From Cyanophora paradoxa CCMP329 (Eukaryota > Plantae > Glaucophyta): a DNA stretch of 64,000 bases. The stretch spans positions 62,001 through 126,000 of the forward strand of contig QPMI01000526.1 in NCBI GenBank assembly GCA_004431415.1, read 5' to 3'. Under the pieces are notes generated by a model. The model had not been told where the DNA came from and made no database searches. It was given only the letters and a program-made list of their open reading frames with translations. A program made the position numbers and the translations under genes. Shown here piece after piece: positions 32,562 to 45,288 of this stretch. The stretch's first letter is position 1. The number at the start of each line of letters is the position of its first letter.

Positions 32562-33887
32562 CGTACCCCCCTTCGGCCCCCGTACCGCCGGGCCCGGCTC
32601 CTTCCCCGGCCCGGCCCTGCTCTCTTCCCCGCTCAGCGAATTCCTTATTACCCTTCCGTTCGTCCATGTGCATATGTTCAGCCCCTACTACCTTGCGAGC
32701 TTTTCCCGCCCCGTGCGGCTCGTAGACAGACAGACAAACAGTGGCATGCCGCGCGTGGCTAGTGCCACGGCAGCGAAGCGTTTTCTCATCGCCTCGGTTT
32801 CCGAGGCAAGTCAATTCCGGCCTCGGCCCGTTGGCCCCCTCTCTTCAGGATCGATTCCGATGTGGTTTTCCGATCGCTTGTTCCGTACCTGAAATGTTTA
32901 CAGCGACCTGTAGCTATAACTAGCGCTAGCTATGCATCCGATCATGAATCCCCTCAGTGTTCACCTTATTTTATTTTCGCAAGGTAACAAGAACAACCAC
33001 GTGTAGTTTCAAAGGAGTGTGCGAGAGGTCGCCGTCGCACGGTTGACCAGTGTGTTTGCGGTCCTTCATCATGGCCCTGCAAAGAAGTGAAGAATGATCT
33101 GGTATCTTTATATAGCAGGAACTCGGAATTTTGTATTCTCAGTTCTCGATTATTTTAATGTGCGTGTACGCAATTGAAAAGTGCTTGCAGTCCCAATTGC
33201 AAGCCACGGGTGCCTAGCTAGCCATACCCGATGAACTGGGCATTATATTGAACTGAGCACTATATTAAATATTGCAATAATCGATATCTGCAATATATCT
33301 ACAATATAGGGGGCGGGGCGGGCCGGGAAAGGGGCCCGGAGAAAGGGGAGGGAGGGAGGGTGGGAAAGCGGGGCGGACCGCCGGGCCTTCGGGCGGGCCG
33401 GGCCGGAAGGCGGGGCGGGTCTGGGAGAGAGGCCGGGAAGGGAGAACGGAGGATAGGCGGGGGGAGCGGGAGGATAGGGGAGTTTTTTTTGCAAAAGTGG
33501 ACGACGCATTGATACACCACGGCACATGTATATATCAATGTTCTACGTGACGTGCCCTTCCGACCAGTCATCTGTCTAGCCGAAGATGCTAGCTAGGTGC
33601 CAGCCATGGCCATGGGTCGCTCAATATGGGAGGTCCGCCTGAGTGGGGGAGCCGTGGTTTTCGGTGATAGCCGTAACCAGACCCGCGCGCCCACCCCTTG
33701 GTCAACTCCGCCATCCCTCATGATCATGAGCCCTGGAAGTGAAATGTCCCGCAGTCCTCCGCCCTCCCTTGCCGCCGCTCCACCACCCCTCCTCCTCCTC
33801 ACTCCGCCTCCTCCCTCCTCCTCACCTGCGCCCCAAAGCACGGATTAGTCCGTGCCCTGTTTTGTAGCGGGGAGGATAGGGGAGGGG

Positions 33888-33923
<36 letters not shown>

Positions 33924-35565
33924 AGGCCCTGAGGGCGCTGGAAGCGCCAATGGAGACCGTCAAGGCCGCTAGGGGCGTGGGAGAGGCCAGGATCGCGGGG
34001 CGGCCGCCGCTGAGGCGGGCGGGATCAACACCCAAAGTTAAGCCCAGCCTCGGAGGGCAGATCTAGAGGCGGCGCCGGCCCGCGGCACGCGCACGGCGCG
34101 AATTGGCCCTCGCCGTGCCGGGGCCGTCTCGCCCTGCCTCGCGATCGCGGAGCCGGCGCCGGCATCGGTCTTGGCGCCCGCTTCCGGGCTGCGCAGGCTA
34201 GCATGTGCCCAGTGGTGGCGGGCCGGGGCGGGCACTGGGTAGGGGGGCGGCGGGGCGCGCGGCGGCGGCGGTATTGGGGGCGCCCGCCGGCACCCGCGGC
34301 CACGGCCGCCAGCGGCCGCCCCAGCCCGGCCAGGCTAGGGCGCGCGCGGCCGGCCAGCCTAGCCCGGCTCCCGGGCCCGGCCGCCGGGCCCCGGGCCCCC
34401 AGGGCGTGCTGGGGGCCGGGGCGGCGGGGGATGCATATGAGTGCACATGGCCCAGTGGGGCTGGCATGGCCGCTGGCCATGGCGCTGCGGAGCGCCCCCG
34501 ACCCAGGGCCCGGGCCAGGGTGCCTGGGGGCCTGGACTAGTGCTCAAGACCGGGCTGCAGCTGGGACGGGGTCAGGCAGCTGGGAATCCTCTGGACTACA
34601 GAAGCAGCTGCTAGCTAGCCTAGCCCAGCTAGCTAGCGCTGCACTGCGGCAGGAGCCTGCAGGCTGCAGCCGCGCGCACTGCGGCAGTCACTGCAGTACC
34701 GATCTGCAGGCTGCAGCCCTAGGCCTGGCAGGCTGTGGCAGCTGATGAGTCAAGGCGCAGTCACTGAGTGCAGCACTGTGCACTGCGCAGGCTGTCACAG
34801 TGTGCATTGTGCAATCACTGCAATGTGCACTGTGCCGCAGATCTAAAAGGCCCGCAGTGCAGCGGCGGCTGCGCCGCGGCGGCGCGGCCGCTGCGGCGCT
34901 AGCCTCTAGTAGCGGCTAGTCACTGATTAGCGCTACCCCCCGCCGCCGGGCCGCCGGCCGCGGCCCCGCGGCCGGTAGCGCTGTAACTTTAGTAAATGTG
35001 CGCGAGCCCGGCGAGCCGTCCGCAGTGACTCCGCACACACTGACTCCGCAGACGCCATGCAGCTGCAGGCTGATGATGCAGCAGCCTCCACTGCCCTCCA
35101 GGAGTCCAGGAACGGTTGATAATGACAAACGTCGCTCATGAGTCATGACCAACGATTGTTGTTGAAATGTCGGAAATGACCGTCGATCGGACAACTTCCG
35201 GATTTTGATTGATATATATATATACTTCGCTTTTTGATTTTTAACGACGTTTTGTAATTACAGCCTATACCGTTACTATTATTACCGTACCGGTAATTTA
35301 ATTTAGCTTGTGTTGCGGATCCCGGAGTCAATGCGCATGCGGACGGTGACGGCAGCAGCGGACCCAATTGCAACGTTAACGACCGTTGAACGACGACGGG
35401 ACTCGTCACTGCGGAGTCCGGACTCGCGATCATCGGAATGATCGGATCGCGAGTCGCGACTCGCGAGTTCGCGACTCGCGAGCCTCGGAGGCTCCACTTT
35501 TCCGAATTTCCGTACGAAAAAAACCGTACGCTACGGAGTACTTAGTGAGCCCTCGCGATCGCGAT

Positions 35566-38293
35566 TAGGGCACTGGCCGGCGGCCAAGCCGGCTAGCTAG
35601 CCGGCCAGTTTGGGGCGGCCGGGGGGCGACGGGCTAGGCAGACGATACCCCGGCTTGCCAGCCAAGGGGACCTGGCCGGTTTCCGGCGGCTTGCCAGCCA
35701 AAGAGCCAGCCAGCCGTACGTACCAGCCGTACCTCTCAGAGGCTGCCGCAGTGCCAGGTACGTACTACGTACTACTTGCAGCAGTCTATATTAGCTACTG
35801 TCTACGGCGCTCTACGTACTATATACGGTATACTCTCAGAGTCTCTCTGCGTATACTAGCAGACCGCGCCCGGCCCTGTGCAAGTGCGGCAAGTGCGGGC
35901 CGCGCGCGGAGGTGCAAGGGGGGGTACTGGTACACATTGCAGGGTACTTGGTGGGGAGTGGTGCGGGGGGCGCAGGGGAGGGGGGCGGAGGGGGCAGCTA
36001 GAGAGGCAAGGCGGGCGGCCGGGCGAGGCGGGCGGGGTGGCGAGGCGGGTAGGTGGGGTGGCGACGCGGGCGGCGGCACCAGGCGGGCGGGCAGCTGCAG
36101 GCGAGGGCGGCGGCGGGCGGGAAAGCGGGATCCGGAGGAGAGAAAGGGGGCACCAGGCCCTGCACGTAGCCTGTGCATGCGCAGAACCGAGGCGTCAGTT
36201 CGCCCCGGACAGCGGCCGTGCGGGGGCGAGGCCCAGCGGGGGCGGCCGGGCCAGGTGCGCAGCAGCAGCGGCGGAGCGAACCTGGAGTCGACGAAGCTGA
36301 GGCAGCCGGCAGGGCGGCGGGCGGGGAAGCGGGCGGAGCGGCAGATGGCGCTGGGCCCTGCACGTAGCCTGCGCATGCGCAGAACCGAGGCGTCAATTCG
36401 CCCCGGACAGCGGCCGTGCGGGGGCGGGCCCAGCGGGGGCGGCCGGGTCAGATGCGAAGCAGCAGCGGCGGGGCGAACCTGGAGTCGACGAAGCTGAAGC
36501 AGCCGGCGGGGCGGCGGGCGAGGAAGCGGGCGGAGCGGCAGGTGGCACCGGGCCCTGCGCGTCGCCTGTGTGCGCGGGGCCGAGGCGTCAGCTCGCCCCG
36601 GACAGCGGCGGCGCCGGCGCGGGGCCCAGGGAGGTCGGCCGGGTGATGCGCGCGGAAGCAGCGGCGCCGGCGGGGCGAACCTGGAGTCGTCGAAGCTGAA
36701 GCAGCGGGCGGGGCGACGGGCAGGCCTAGGGAGCAGCTGCTGAAGCAGCGGGCGCGCGGAGCAGCTGGGAGCAGCGGGCAGGGAAGCAGCCCGGCGCGGC
36801 GTACTAGGAGCAGCTGGGAATACTGCGACGCCGCCAACCTCCGCTAACGTAGTACAGCTAGTACGGCGTGCCGGCCGCGGCCGCGGGTCAAGCTTCAGCC
36901 ACGCATATACATCCAGTCCGGCCGCGGGCCGAGGCGTGCGAGTGGTGATCCGCCCCGTACTTGCGCTTGAAGGGCTTGACATCGCCGAGCTGAAGTCCGC
37001 CTGAACCGGAGTCCGTCACATGTACACCGAGAGCTAGAGGGTGGGCGAAACGCCGCGGCCCGGGTGCGCACCGGAACGCTGCGTAGCGGGCGCCTTCTTT
37101 CTGCACTCTAGCGTGGCTCCGCGACCTCGACCACCTCTAGATCTATAGCTAGATCTACGCTGCTGGAGGTGCTAGGTACGTGTACCCAGCAATCGCCACA
37201 AACTCTCAGGAGCGTTTTTTTGGGCGCCCGGTACAACAGGTACTTGAGGCGGCCTAGCGTGCCGCGCGCCGCTTTTCGAGCCCGGGCATGTATGGCAAAA
37301 GTTGTAGAGCGCATTGAGAGCAATCAGGAGCACGTGGTCTGGCGCATATAGCGATAGCAGGTGGGGCGCGACCTCGACATGTTTGCTCAGCCCCGCCCTT
37401 GCATTTTTTTCCGCCGCTCGCAGCGGCTACGATGCGATCACACCTAAACGAGAGCGCATGCAAAGAATCTCATCTTACAAAAATTGCTAACACAGAAAGT
37501 ACGCCGCACCTAGCCGTATTGTCTCGGTGTGTGCGAATTCACTAAAGAAAGTACGCCGCACCAACTCACCAGGGGAGCAAGGGAGGGGGTACCCCCCTTG
37601 CAATATACGTAATACGCGTACGTATACGTACGGCAGCGCGCGGGAGTTCGAATTCGAATTCAAACTTTCGAATTTAGCGCGGGAGTTCGAATTCGAATTC
37701 AAGCTATGCATATGCACACTGCATGCCGCCCTCTGTCGTCTGAGCACGCGATGCCGTGGCTCGCTCCGTTGGCAGACGAACCCCGCTCGCGGCGGGTGTC
37801 GTCAGGAATGCCTTCAGAGCAGCCCGAGCATCACTCAGACACGGCCGTCCCTGCCCTCTCGATCTCACTCCTCACTCTCTCTGGTGCCGAGCTTTTCCCT
37901 GGGGACGCACGCCCCCCCTTTTGCGGGTTTGGGATCTGCTGCCGCCACACGCATGCCAAGCCATTAATGCAGTGCACGTGCTAGCCGCCGCGGTCTTTGC
38001 GCCAACAGCTAGCCTCGCTGCCTCGAGCTCGTAACAGTTTGAGCGCCGCCCTTAATTTCTTTCTCCCCATCTCTCCATTCACAAGTCCTGGTCCCATCAT
38101 GGCATGGGATTCACTAGGAGGCAGGCTCCGCGATTCTATCTGGATAGCTAGGGCGGGTGTTTGCAGACATGTACACCCATCACCTAGACACTCCTCGGTC
38201 GCTGAGATAGAGGAGTGTTGAATATTACCAAATTAAAGACCGTCGGACCCCGCTGGGGTCCCCACTGGAACTTCGAAGGCAGATCTAGCTATA
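35566..38293. mobile_element. Right-truncated duplicate of the hAT element (left TIR only)
   Basis: ATCGCGAT|TAGGGCACTGGCCG at 35566. Cut by the duplication junction at 38293. Confidence 0.85.
35900..37463 (-). pseudogene. Decayed spliced Cys-rich/Pro-Ala-rich gene inside the hAT element (copy 1)
   Basis: Three ~198-bp exon+intron repeats (e.g. 87-nt phase-1 exon 36368-36282, GYVQGPAPSAAPPASPPAALPAASASSTP, with CAG acceptor and GTTCG donor). Upstream fragments CSQC and RVCGDCW are in broken frames. Confidence 0.5.
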
Positions 38294-41200
38294 GGTCCGC
38301 CCCGCTTCGTTCGCTCCGCTTCGTTCGCTTCGTTCGCTCCGATTGACTCGGTTCGCTCCGTTCGCCGCAGCCGAGTGGTACCTCTCGACCCACCCGGAGG
38401 CCGCCGCCGCCGCCGCCGCCGCCGGCGACTCGCACGGCTCTGAGGAGGACGCGCGGTAGCGTACCCCCCTTCGGCCCCCGTACCGCCGGGCCCGGCTCCT
38501 TCCCCGGCCCGGCCCTGCTCTCTTCCCCGCTCAGCGAATTCCTTATTACCCTTCCGTTCGTCCATGTGCATATGTTCAGCCCCTACTACCTTGCGAGCTT
38601 TTCCCGCCCCGTGCGGCTCGTAGACAGACAGACAAACAGTGGCATGCCGCGCGTGGCTAGTGCCACGGCAGCGAAGCGTTTTCTCATCGCCTCGGTTTCC
38701 GAGGCAAGTCAATTCCGGCCTCGGCCCGTTGGCCCCCTCTCTTCAGGATCGATTCCGATGTGGTTTTCCGATCGCTTGTTCCGTACCTGAAATGTTTACA
38801 GCGACCTGTAGCTATAACTAGCGCTAGCTATGCATCCGATCATGAATCCCCTCAGTGTTCACCTTATTTTATTTTCGCAAGGTAACAAGAACAACCACGT
38901 GTAGTTTCAAAGGAGTGTGCGAGAGGTCGCCGTCGCACGGTTGACCAGTGTGTTTGCGGTCCTTCATCATGGCCCTGCAAAGAAGTGAAGAATGATCTGG
39001 TATCTTTATATAGCAGGAACTCGGAATTTTGTATTCTCAGTTCTCGATTATTTTAATGTGCGTGTACGCAATTGAAAAGTGCTTGCAGTCCCAATTGCAA
39101 GCCACGGGTGCCTAGCTAGCCATACCCGATGAACTGGGCATTATATTGAACTGAGCACTATATTAAATATTGCAATAATCGATATCTGCAATATATCTAC
39201 AATATAGGGGGCGGGGCGGGGCCGGGGAAAGGGGGCCCGGAGAAAGGGGAGGGGAGGGGAGGGGTGGGAAAGCGGGGCGGACCGCCGGGCCTTCGGGCGG
39301 GCCGGGCCCGGAAGGCGGGGCGGGTCTGGGAGAGAGGCCGGGGAAGGGAGAACGGAGGATAGGCGGGGGGGAGCGGGGAGGATAGGGGAGTTTTTTTTGC
39401 AAAAGTGGACGACGCATTGATACACCACGGCACATGTATATATCAATGTTCTACGTGACGTGCCCTTCCGACCAGTCATCTGTCTAGCCGAAGATGCTAG
39501 CTAGGTGCCAGCCATGGCCATGGGTCGCTCAATATGGGAGGTCCGCCTGAGTGGGGGAGCCGTGGTTTTCGGTGATAGCCGTAACCAGACCCGCGCGCCC
39601 ACCCCTTGGTCAACTCCGCCATCCCTCATGATCATGAGCCCTGGAAGTGAAATGTCCCGCAGTCCTCCGCCCTCCCTTGCCGCCGCTCCACCACCCCTCC
39701 TCCTCCTCACTCCGCCTCCTCCCTCCTCCTCACCTGCGCCCCAAAGCACGGATTAGTCCGTGCCCTGTTTTGTAGCGGGGAGGATAGGGGAGGGGGCGGG
39801 GGGGCGGGCGGGGGGGGGGGGGGGGGGGGAAGGCCCTGAGGGCGCTGGAAGCGCCAATGGAGACCGTCAAGGCCGCTAGGGGCGTGGGAGAGGCCAGGAT
39901 CGCGGGCGGCCGCCGCTGAGGCGGGCGGGATCAACACCCAAAGTTAAGCCCAGCCTCGGAGGGCAGATCTAGAGGCGGCGCCGGCCCGCGGCACGCGCAC
40001 GGCGCGAATTGGCCCTCGCCGTGCCGGGGCCGTCTCGCCCTGCTCGCGATCGCGGAGCCGGCGCCGGCATCGGTCTTGGCGCCCGCTTCCGGGCTGCGCA
40101 GGCTAGCATGTGCCCAGTGGTGGCGGGCCGGGCGGGCACTGGGTAGGGGGCGGCGGGGCGCGCGGCGGCGGCGGTATTGGGGCGCCGCCGGCACCCGCGG
40201 CCACGGCCGCCAGCGGCCGCCCCAGCCCGGCCAGGCTAGGGCGCGCGCGGCCGGCCAGCCTAGCCCGGCTCCCGGGCCCGGCCGCCGGGCCCCGGGCCCC
40301 AGGGCGTGCTGGGGCCGGGCGGCGGGGGATGCATATGAGTGCACATGGCCCAGTGGGGCTGGCATGGCCGCTGGCCATGGCGCTGCGGAGCGCCCCCGAC
40401 CCAGGGCCCGGGCCAGGGTGCCTGGGGGCCTGGACTAGTGCTCAAGACCGGGCTGCAGCTGGGACGGGGTCAGGCAGCTGGGAATCCTCTGGACTACAGA
40501 AGCAGCTGCTAGCTAGCCTAGCCCAGCTAGCTAGCGCTGCACTGCGGCAGGAGCCTGCAGGCTGCAGCCGCGCGCACTGCGGCAGTCACTGCAGTACCGA
40601 TCTGCAGGCTGCAGCCCTAGGCCTGGCAGGCTGTGGCAGCTGATGAGTCAAGGCGCAGTCACTGAGTGCAGCACTGTGCACTGCGCAGGCTGTCACAGTG
40701 TGCATTGTGCAATCACTGCAATGTGCACTGTGCCGCAGATCTAAAAGGCCCGCAGTGCAGCGGCGGCTGCGCCGCGGCGGCGCGGCCGCTGCGGCGCTAG
40801 CCTCTAGTAGCGGCTAGTCACTGATTAGCGCTACCCCCCGCCGCCGGGCCGCCGGCCGCGGGCCCCCGCGGCCGGTAGCGCTGTAACTTTAGTAAATGTG
40901 CGCGAGCCCGGCGAGCCGTCCGCAGTGACTCCGCACACACTGACTCCGCAGACGCCATGCAGCTGCAGGCTGATGATGCAGCAGCCTCCACTGCCCTCCA
41001 GGAGTCCAGGAACGGTTGATAATGACCAAACGTCGCTCATGAGTCATGACCAACGATTGTTGTTGAAATGTCGGAAATGACCGTCGATCGGACAACTTCC
41101 GGATTTTGATTGATATATATATATACTTCGCTTTTTGATTTTTAACGACGTTTTGTAATTACAGCCTATACCGTTACTATTATTACCGTACCGGTAATTT

Positions 41201-41466
41201 AATTTAGCTTGTGTTGCGGATCCCGGAGTCAATGCGCATGCGGACGGTGACGGCAGCAGCGGACCCAATTGCAACGTTAACGACCGTTGAACGACGACGG
41301 GACTCGTCACTGCGGAGTCCGGACTCGCGATCATCGGAATGATCGGATCGCGAGTCGCGACTCGCGAGTTCGCGACTCGCGAGCCTCGGAGGCTCCACTT
41401 TTCCGAATTTCCGTACGAAAAAAACCGTACGCTACGGAGTACTTAGTGAGCCCTCGCGATCGCGAT

Positions 41467-44400
41467 TAGGGCACTGGCCGGCGGCCAAGCCGGCTAGCTA
41501 GCCGGCCAGTTTGGGGCGGCCGGGGGGCGACGGGCTAGGCAGACGATACCCCGGCTTGCCAGCCAAGGGACCTGGCCGGTTTCCGGCGGCTTGCCAGCCA
41601 AAGAGCCAGCCAGCCGTACGTACCAGCCGTACCTCTCAGAGGCTGCCGCAGTGCCAGGTACGTACTACGTACTACTTGCAGCAGTCTATATTAGCTACTG
41701 TCTACGGCGCTCTACGTACTATATACGGTATACTCTCAGAGTCTCTCTGCGTATACTAGCAGACCGCGCCCGGCCCTGTGCAAGTGCGGCAAGTGCGGGC
41801 CGCGCGCGGAGGTGCAAGGGGGGGTACTGGTACACATTGCAGGGTACTTGGTGGGAGTGGTGCGGGGGCGCAGGGGAGGGGGCGGAGGGGCAGCTAGAGA
41901 GGCAAGGCGGGCGGCCGGGCGAGGCGGGCGGGGTGGCGAGGCGGGTAGGTGGGGTGGCGACGCGGGCGGCGGCACCAGGCGGGCGGGCAGCTGCAGGCGA
42001 GGGCGGCGGCGGGCGGGAAAGCGGGATCCGGAGGAGAGAAAGGGGCACCAGGCCCTGCACGTAGCCTGTGCATGCGCAGAACCGAGGCGTCAGTTCGCCC
42101 CGGACAGCGGCCGTGCGGGGGCGAGGCCCAGCGGGGGCGGCCGGGCCAGGTGCGCAGCAGCAGCGGCGGAGCGAACCTGGAGTCGACGAAGCTGAGGCAG
42201 CCGGCAGGGCGGCGGGCGGGGAAGCGGGCGGAGCGGCAGATGGCGCTGGGCCCTGCACGTAGCCTGCGCATGCGCAGAACCGAGGCGTCAATTCGCCCCG
42301 GACAGCGGCCGTGCGGGGGCGGGGCCCAGCGGGGGCGGCCGGGTCAGATGCGAAGCAGCAGCGGCGGGGCGAACCTGGAGTCGACGAAGCTGAAGCAGCC
42401 GGCGGGGCGGCGGGCGAGGAAGCGGGCGGAGCGGCAGGTGGCACCGGGCCCTGCGCGTCGCCTGTGTGCGCGGGGCCGAGGCGTCAGCTCGCCCCGGACA
42501 GCGGCGGCGCCGGCGCGGGGCCCAGGGAGGTCGGCCGGGTGATGCGCGCGGAAGCAGCGGCGCCGGCGGGCGAACCTGGAGTCGTCGAAGCTGAAGCAGC
42601 GGGCGGGGCGACGGGCAGGCCTAGGGAGCAGCTGCTGAAGCAGCGGGCGCGCGGAGCAGCTGGGAGCAGCGGGCAGGGAAGCAGCCCGGCGCGGCGTACT
42701 AGGAGCAGCTGGGAATACTGCGACGCCGCCAACCTCCGCTAACGTAGTACAGCTAGTACGGCGTGCCGGCCGCGGCCGCGGGTCAAGCTTCAGCCACGCA
42801 TATACATCCAGTCCGGCCGCGGGCCGAGGCGTGCGAGTGGTGATCCGCCCCGTACTTGCGCTTGAAGGGCTTGACATCGCCGAGCTGAAGTCCGCCTGAA
42901 CCGGAGTCCGTCACATGTACACCGAGAGCTAGAGGGTGGGCGAAACGCCGCGGCCCGGGTGCGCACCGGAACGCTGCGTAGCGGGCGCCTTCTTTCTGCA
43001 CTCTAGCGTGGCTCCGCGACCTCGACCACCTCTAGATCTATAGCTAGATCTACGCTGCTGGAGGTGCTAGGTACGTGTACCCAGCAATCGCCACAAACTC
43101 TCAGGAGCGTTTTTTTGGGCGCCCGGTACAACAGGTACTTGAGGCGGCCTAGCGTGCCGCGCGCCGCTTTTCGAGCCCGGGCATGTATGGCAAAAGTTGT
43201 AGAGCGCATTGAGAGCAATCAGGAGCACGTGGTCTGGCGCATATAGCGATAGCAGGTGGGGCGCGACCTCGACATGTTTGCTCAGCCCCGCCCTTGCATT
43301 TTTTTCCGCCGCTCGCAGCGGCTACGATGCGATCACACCTAAACGAGAGCGCATGCAAAGAATCTCATCTTACAAAAATTGCTAACACAGAAAGTACGCC
43401 GCACCTAGCCGTATTGTCTCGGTGTGTGCGAATTCACTAAAGAAAGTACGCCGCACCAACTCACCAGGGGAGCAAGGGAGGGGGTACCCCCCTTGCAATA
43501 TACGTAATACGCGTACGTATACGTACGGCAGCGCGCGGGAGTTCGAATTCGAATTCAAACTTTCGAATTTAGCGCGGGAGTTCGAATTCGAATTCAAGCT
43601 ATGCATATGCACACTGCATGCCGCCCTCTGTCGTCTGAGCACGCGATGCCGTGGCTCGCTCCGTTGGCAGACGAACCCCGCTCGCGGCGGGTGTCGTCAG
43701 GAATGCCTTCAGAGCAGCCCGAGCATCACTCAGACACGGCCGTCCCTGCCCTCTCGATCTCACTCCTCACTCTCTCTGGTGCCGAGCTTTTCCCTGGGGA
43801 CGCACGCCCCCCCTTTTGCGGGTTTGGGATCTGCTGCCGCCACACGCATGCCAAGCCATTAATGCAGTGCACGTGCTAGCCGCCGCGGTCTTTGCGCCAA
43901 CAGCTAGCCTCGCTGCCTCGAGCTCGTAACAGTTTGAGCGCCGCCCTTAATTTCTTTCTCCCCATCTCTCCATTCACAAGTCCTGGTCCCATCATGGCAT
44001 GGGATTCACTAGGAGGCAGGCTCCGCGATTCTATCTGGATAGCTAGGGCGGGTGTTTGCAGACATGTACACCCATCACCTAGACACTCCTCGGTCGCTGA
44101 GATAGAGGAGTGTTGAATATTACCAAATTAAAGACCGTCGGACCCCGCTGGGGTCCCCACTGGAACTTCGAAGGCAGATCTAGCTATAGAGCTCGAGCGC
44201 GGACGCCATGAGCGGGCGCGGGAAGGCAGCGTCGGCAGCCGCCAGCTGCAGCGGCAAGGCCGGGGCCGCCGGGTGGGGCGCCATGCATGCGCAGGCTAGG
44301 CCGGCGCGCGCGGCGCGCGCGAACTTCCGCGAATTCGAATTTCGAAGGCGCTGGCCGGCGGGCCAAGCCAGCCGCCAAGCCAGCCGCCTCGCGCACTAAG

Positions 44401-44531
44401 TCCGGCCTAGCCGCTGGCAAGCCAGCCGAAATTTCGGAGCCGCCAAGCCGCTAGGGCCAGCCCCGGTGCAAGCTTTCGGAATTTTGGGCCAGCCCCGGTG
44501 CAAGGGTCTAGCCCCGACGGCCAGTGCCCTA
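41467..44531. mobile_element. Non-autonomous hAT-superfamily DNA transposon, ~3.06 kb
   Basis: TIRs TAGGGCACTGGCCGGCGG / CCGACGGCCAGTGCCCTA (17/18 match). 8-bp TSD ATCGCGAT (41459-41466, 44532-44539). GCCAGCC/GCCAAGCC subterminal repeats at both ends. No transposase ORF. Confidence 0.9.
41790..43358 (-). pseudogene. Decayed spliced gene inside the hAT element (copy 2)
   Basis: Duplicate of 35900-37463. Confidence 0.5.
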
Positions 44532-45288
44532 ATCGCGATCGCGAACTTTCGGAATCGGATTCGCGATCCTCCATCATGCTCCATGGCCACGGTCGCGCGC
44601 GCCGCGGCGATCGGACCGGCGGGGGTCACCGGCCCGGCGCCGGGCCGGCGGAGCCTCGGAGCCTGGGACTCTGGCTGGGAGGGCCAGTGGCTGCCACTGG
44701 CTGGTGGCACCGTGGCAGTGGGTCCTGAGTGGGAGGCAGCCCGGAGGCTGGACTCCGCTGGAGCCGCTGGAGCCACTATCATATATATGCGTATATACCG
44801 TAGTACGCCTATTACAAATACGGTACCATTTTGCAATTGAGCGGGCCTGCGGTGCCGCCGGTGCGGCTCCGCGCGCCGGCGCCGCGGCGAGCGAGCTCGA
44901 GCGGGACGACGACGGCGTGCGTTGAAGCTTGATCAGTGAAGGCTTAAGTTGAAGCTCATTATAAGCTGGCCGCGCGAGGCGTTCTGGTATCGATATCTAC
45001 AGCTGCAGCAACCATCAGCGCGTGCCGCAGTGCGCCAGCACGCGCAGCGGCGCAGCCTTTACCGTAGTAGTACTGCATGCATATGATCTTCGCGGCATGC
45101 ACTCGTACGCGGAGTTGCAGCTCGCCATGCCTCATGATCATGATGCCTGTACATATGCATGTGCTGAGCAGCCGGTGCAGACCATGCCTGTGGTGAGCAT
45201 GCGCAGTCGGTGCAGAAGCTGTGGTGCTGCCGATCGCGATGTGCGGCCCAAACGGCATTTGCAATTGGAGCATGCCGTCCGCGTGCAT

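Larger units (their letters stand above)
32396..44188. repeat. ~5.9-kb direct tandem duplication (32396-38293 and 38294-44188)
   Basis: Both units start GGTCCGCCCCGCTTCGTTCG and end GAAGGCAGATCTAGCTATA. Visible differences are almost all homopolymer-length indels. Confidence 0.97.

Noticed and set aside
27798-32814. Long minus-strand ORFs (334, 392, 309 and 473 aa) and similar Arg/Pro/Gly-rich ORFs elsewhere
   Set aside because: Antisense or off-frame shadows of GC-rich spliced genes; stop-codon scarcity explains their length.
33593-34745. ORFs in the duplicated spacer
   Set aside because: Frames differ between the two copies, there are no domains, and no consistent splice model.
38245-38293. 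Helitron 3' end explaining the tandem duplication (GGACCCC-GCT-GGGGTCC hairpin, CTAG)
   Set aside because: The hairpin is too far from CTAG, CTAG is not followed by T, the unit does not start with TC, and the site is internal to a hAT element.
41467-44531. Autonomous transposase or Fanzor/TnpB cargo in the hAT element
   Set aside because: No long ORF, and no DDE, BED-finger or RuvC motifs were recognisable.
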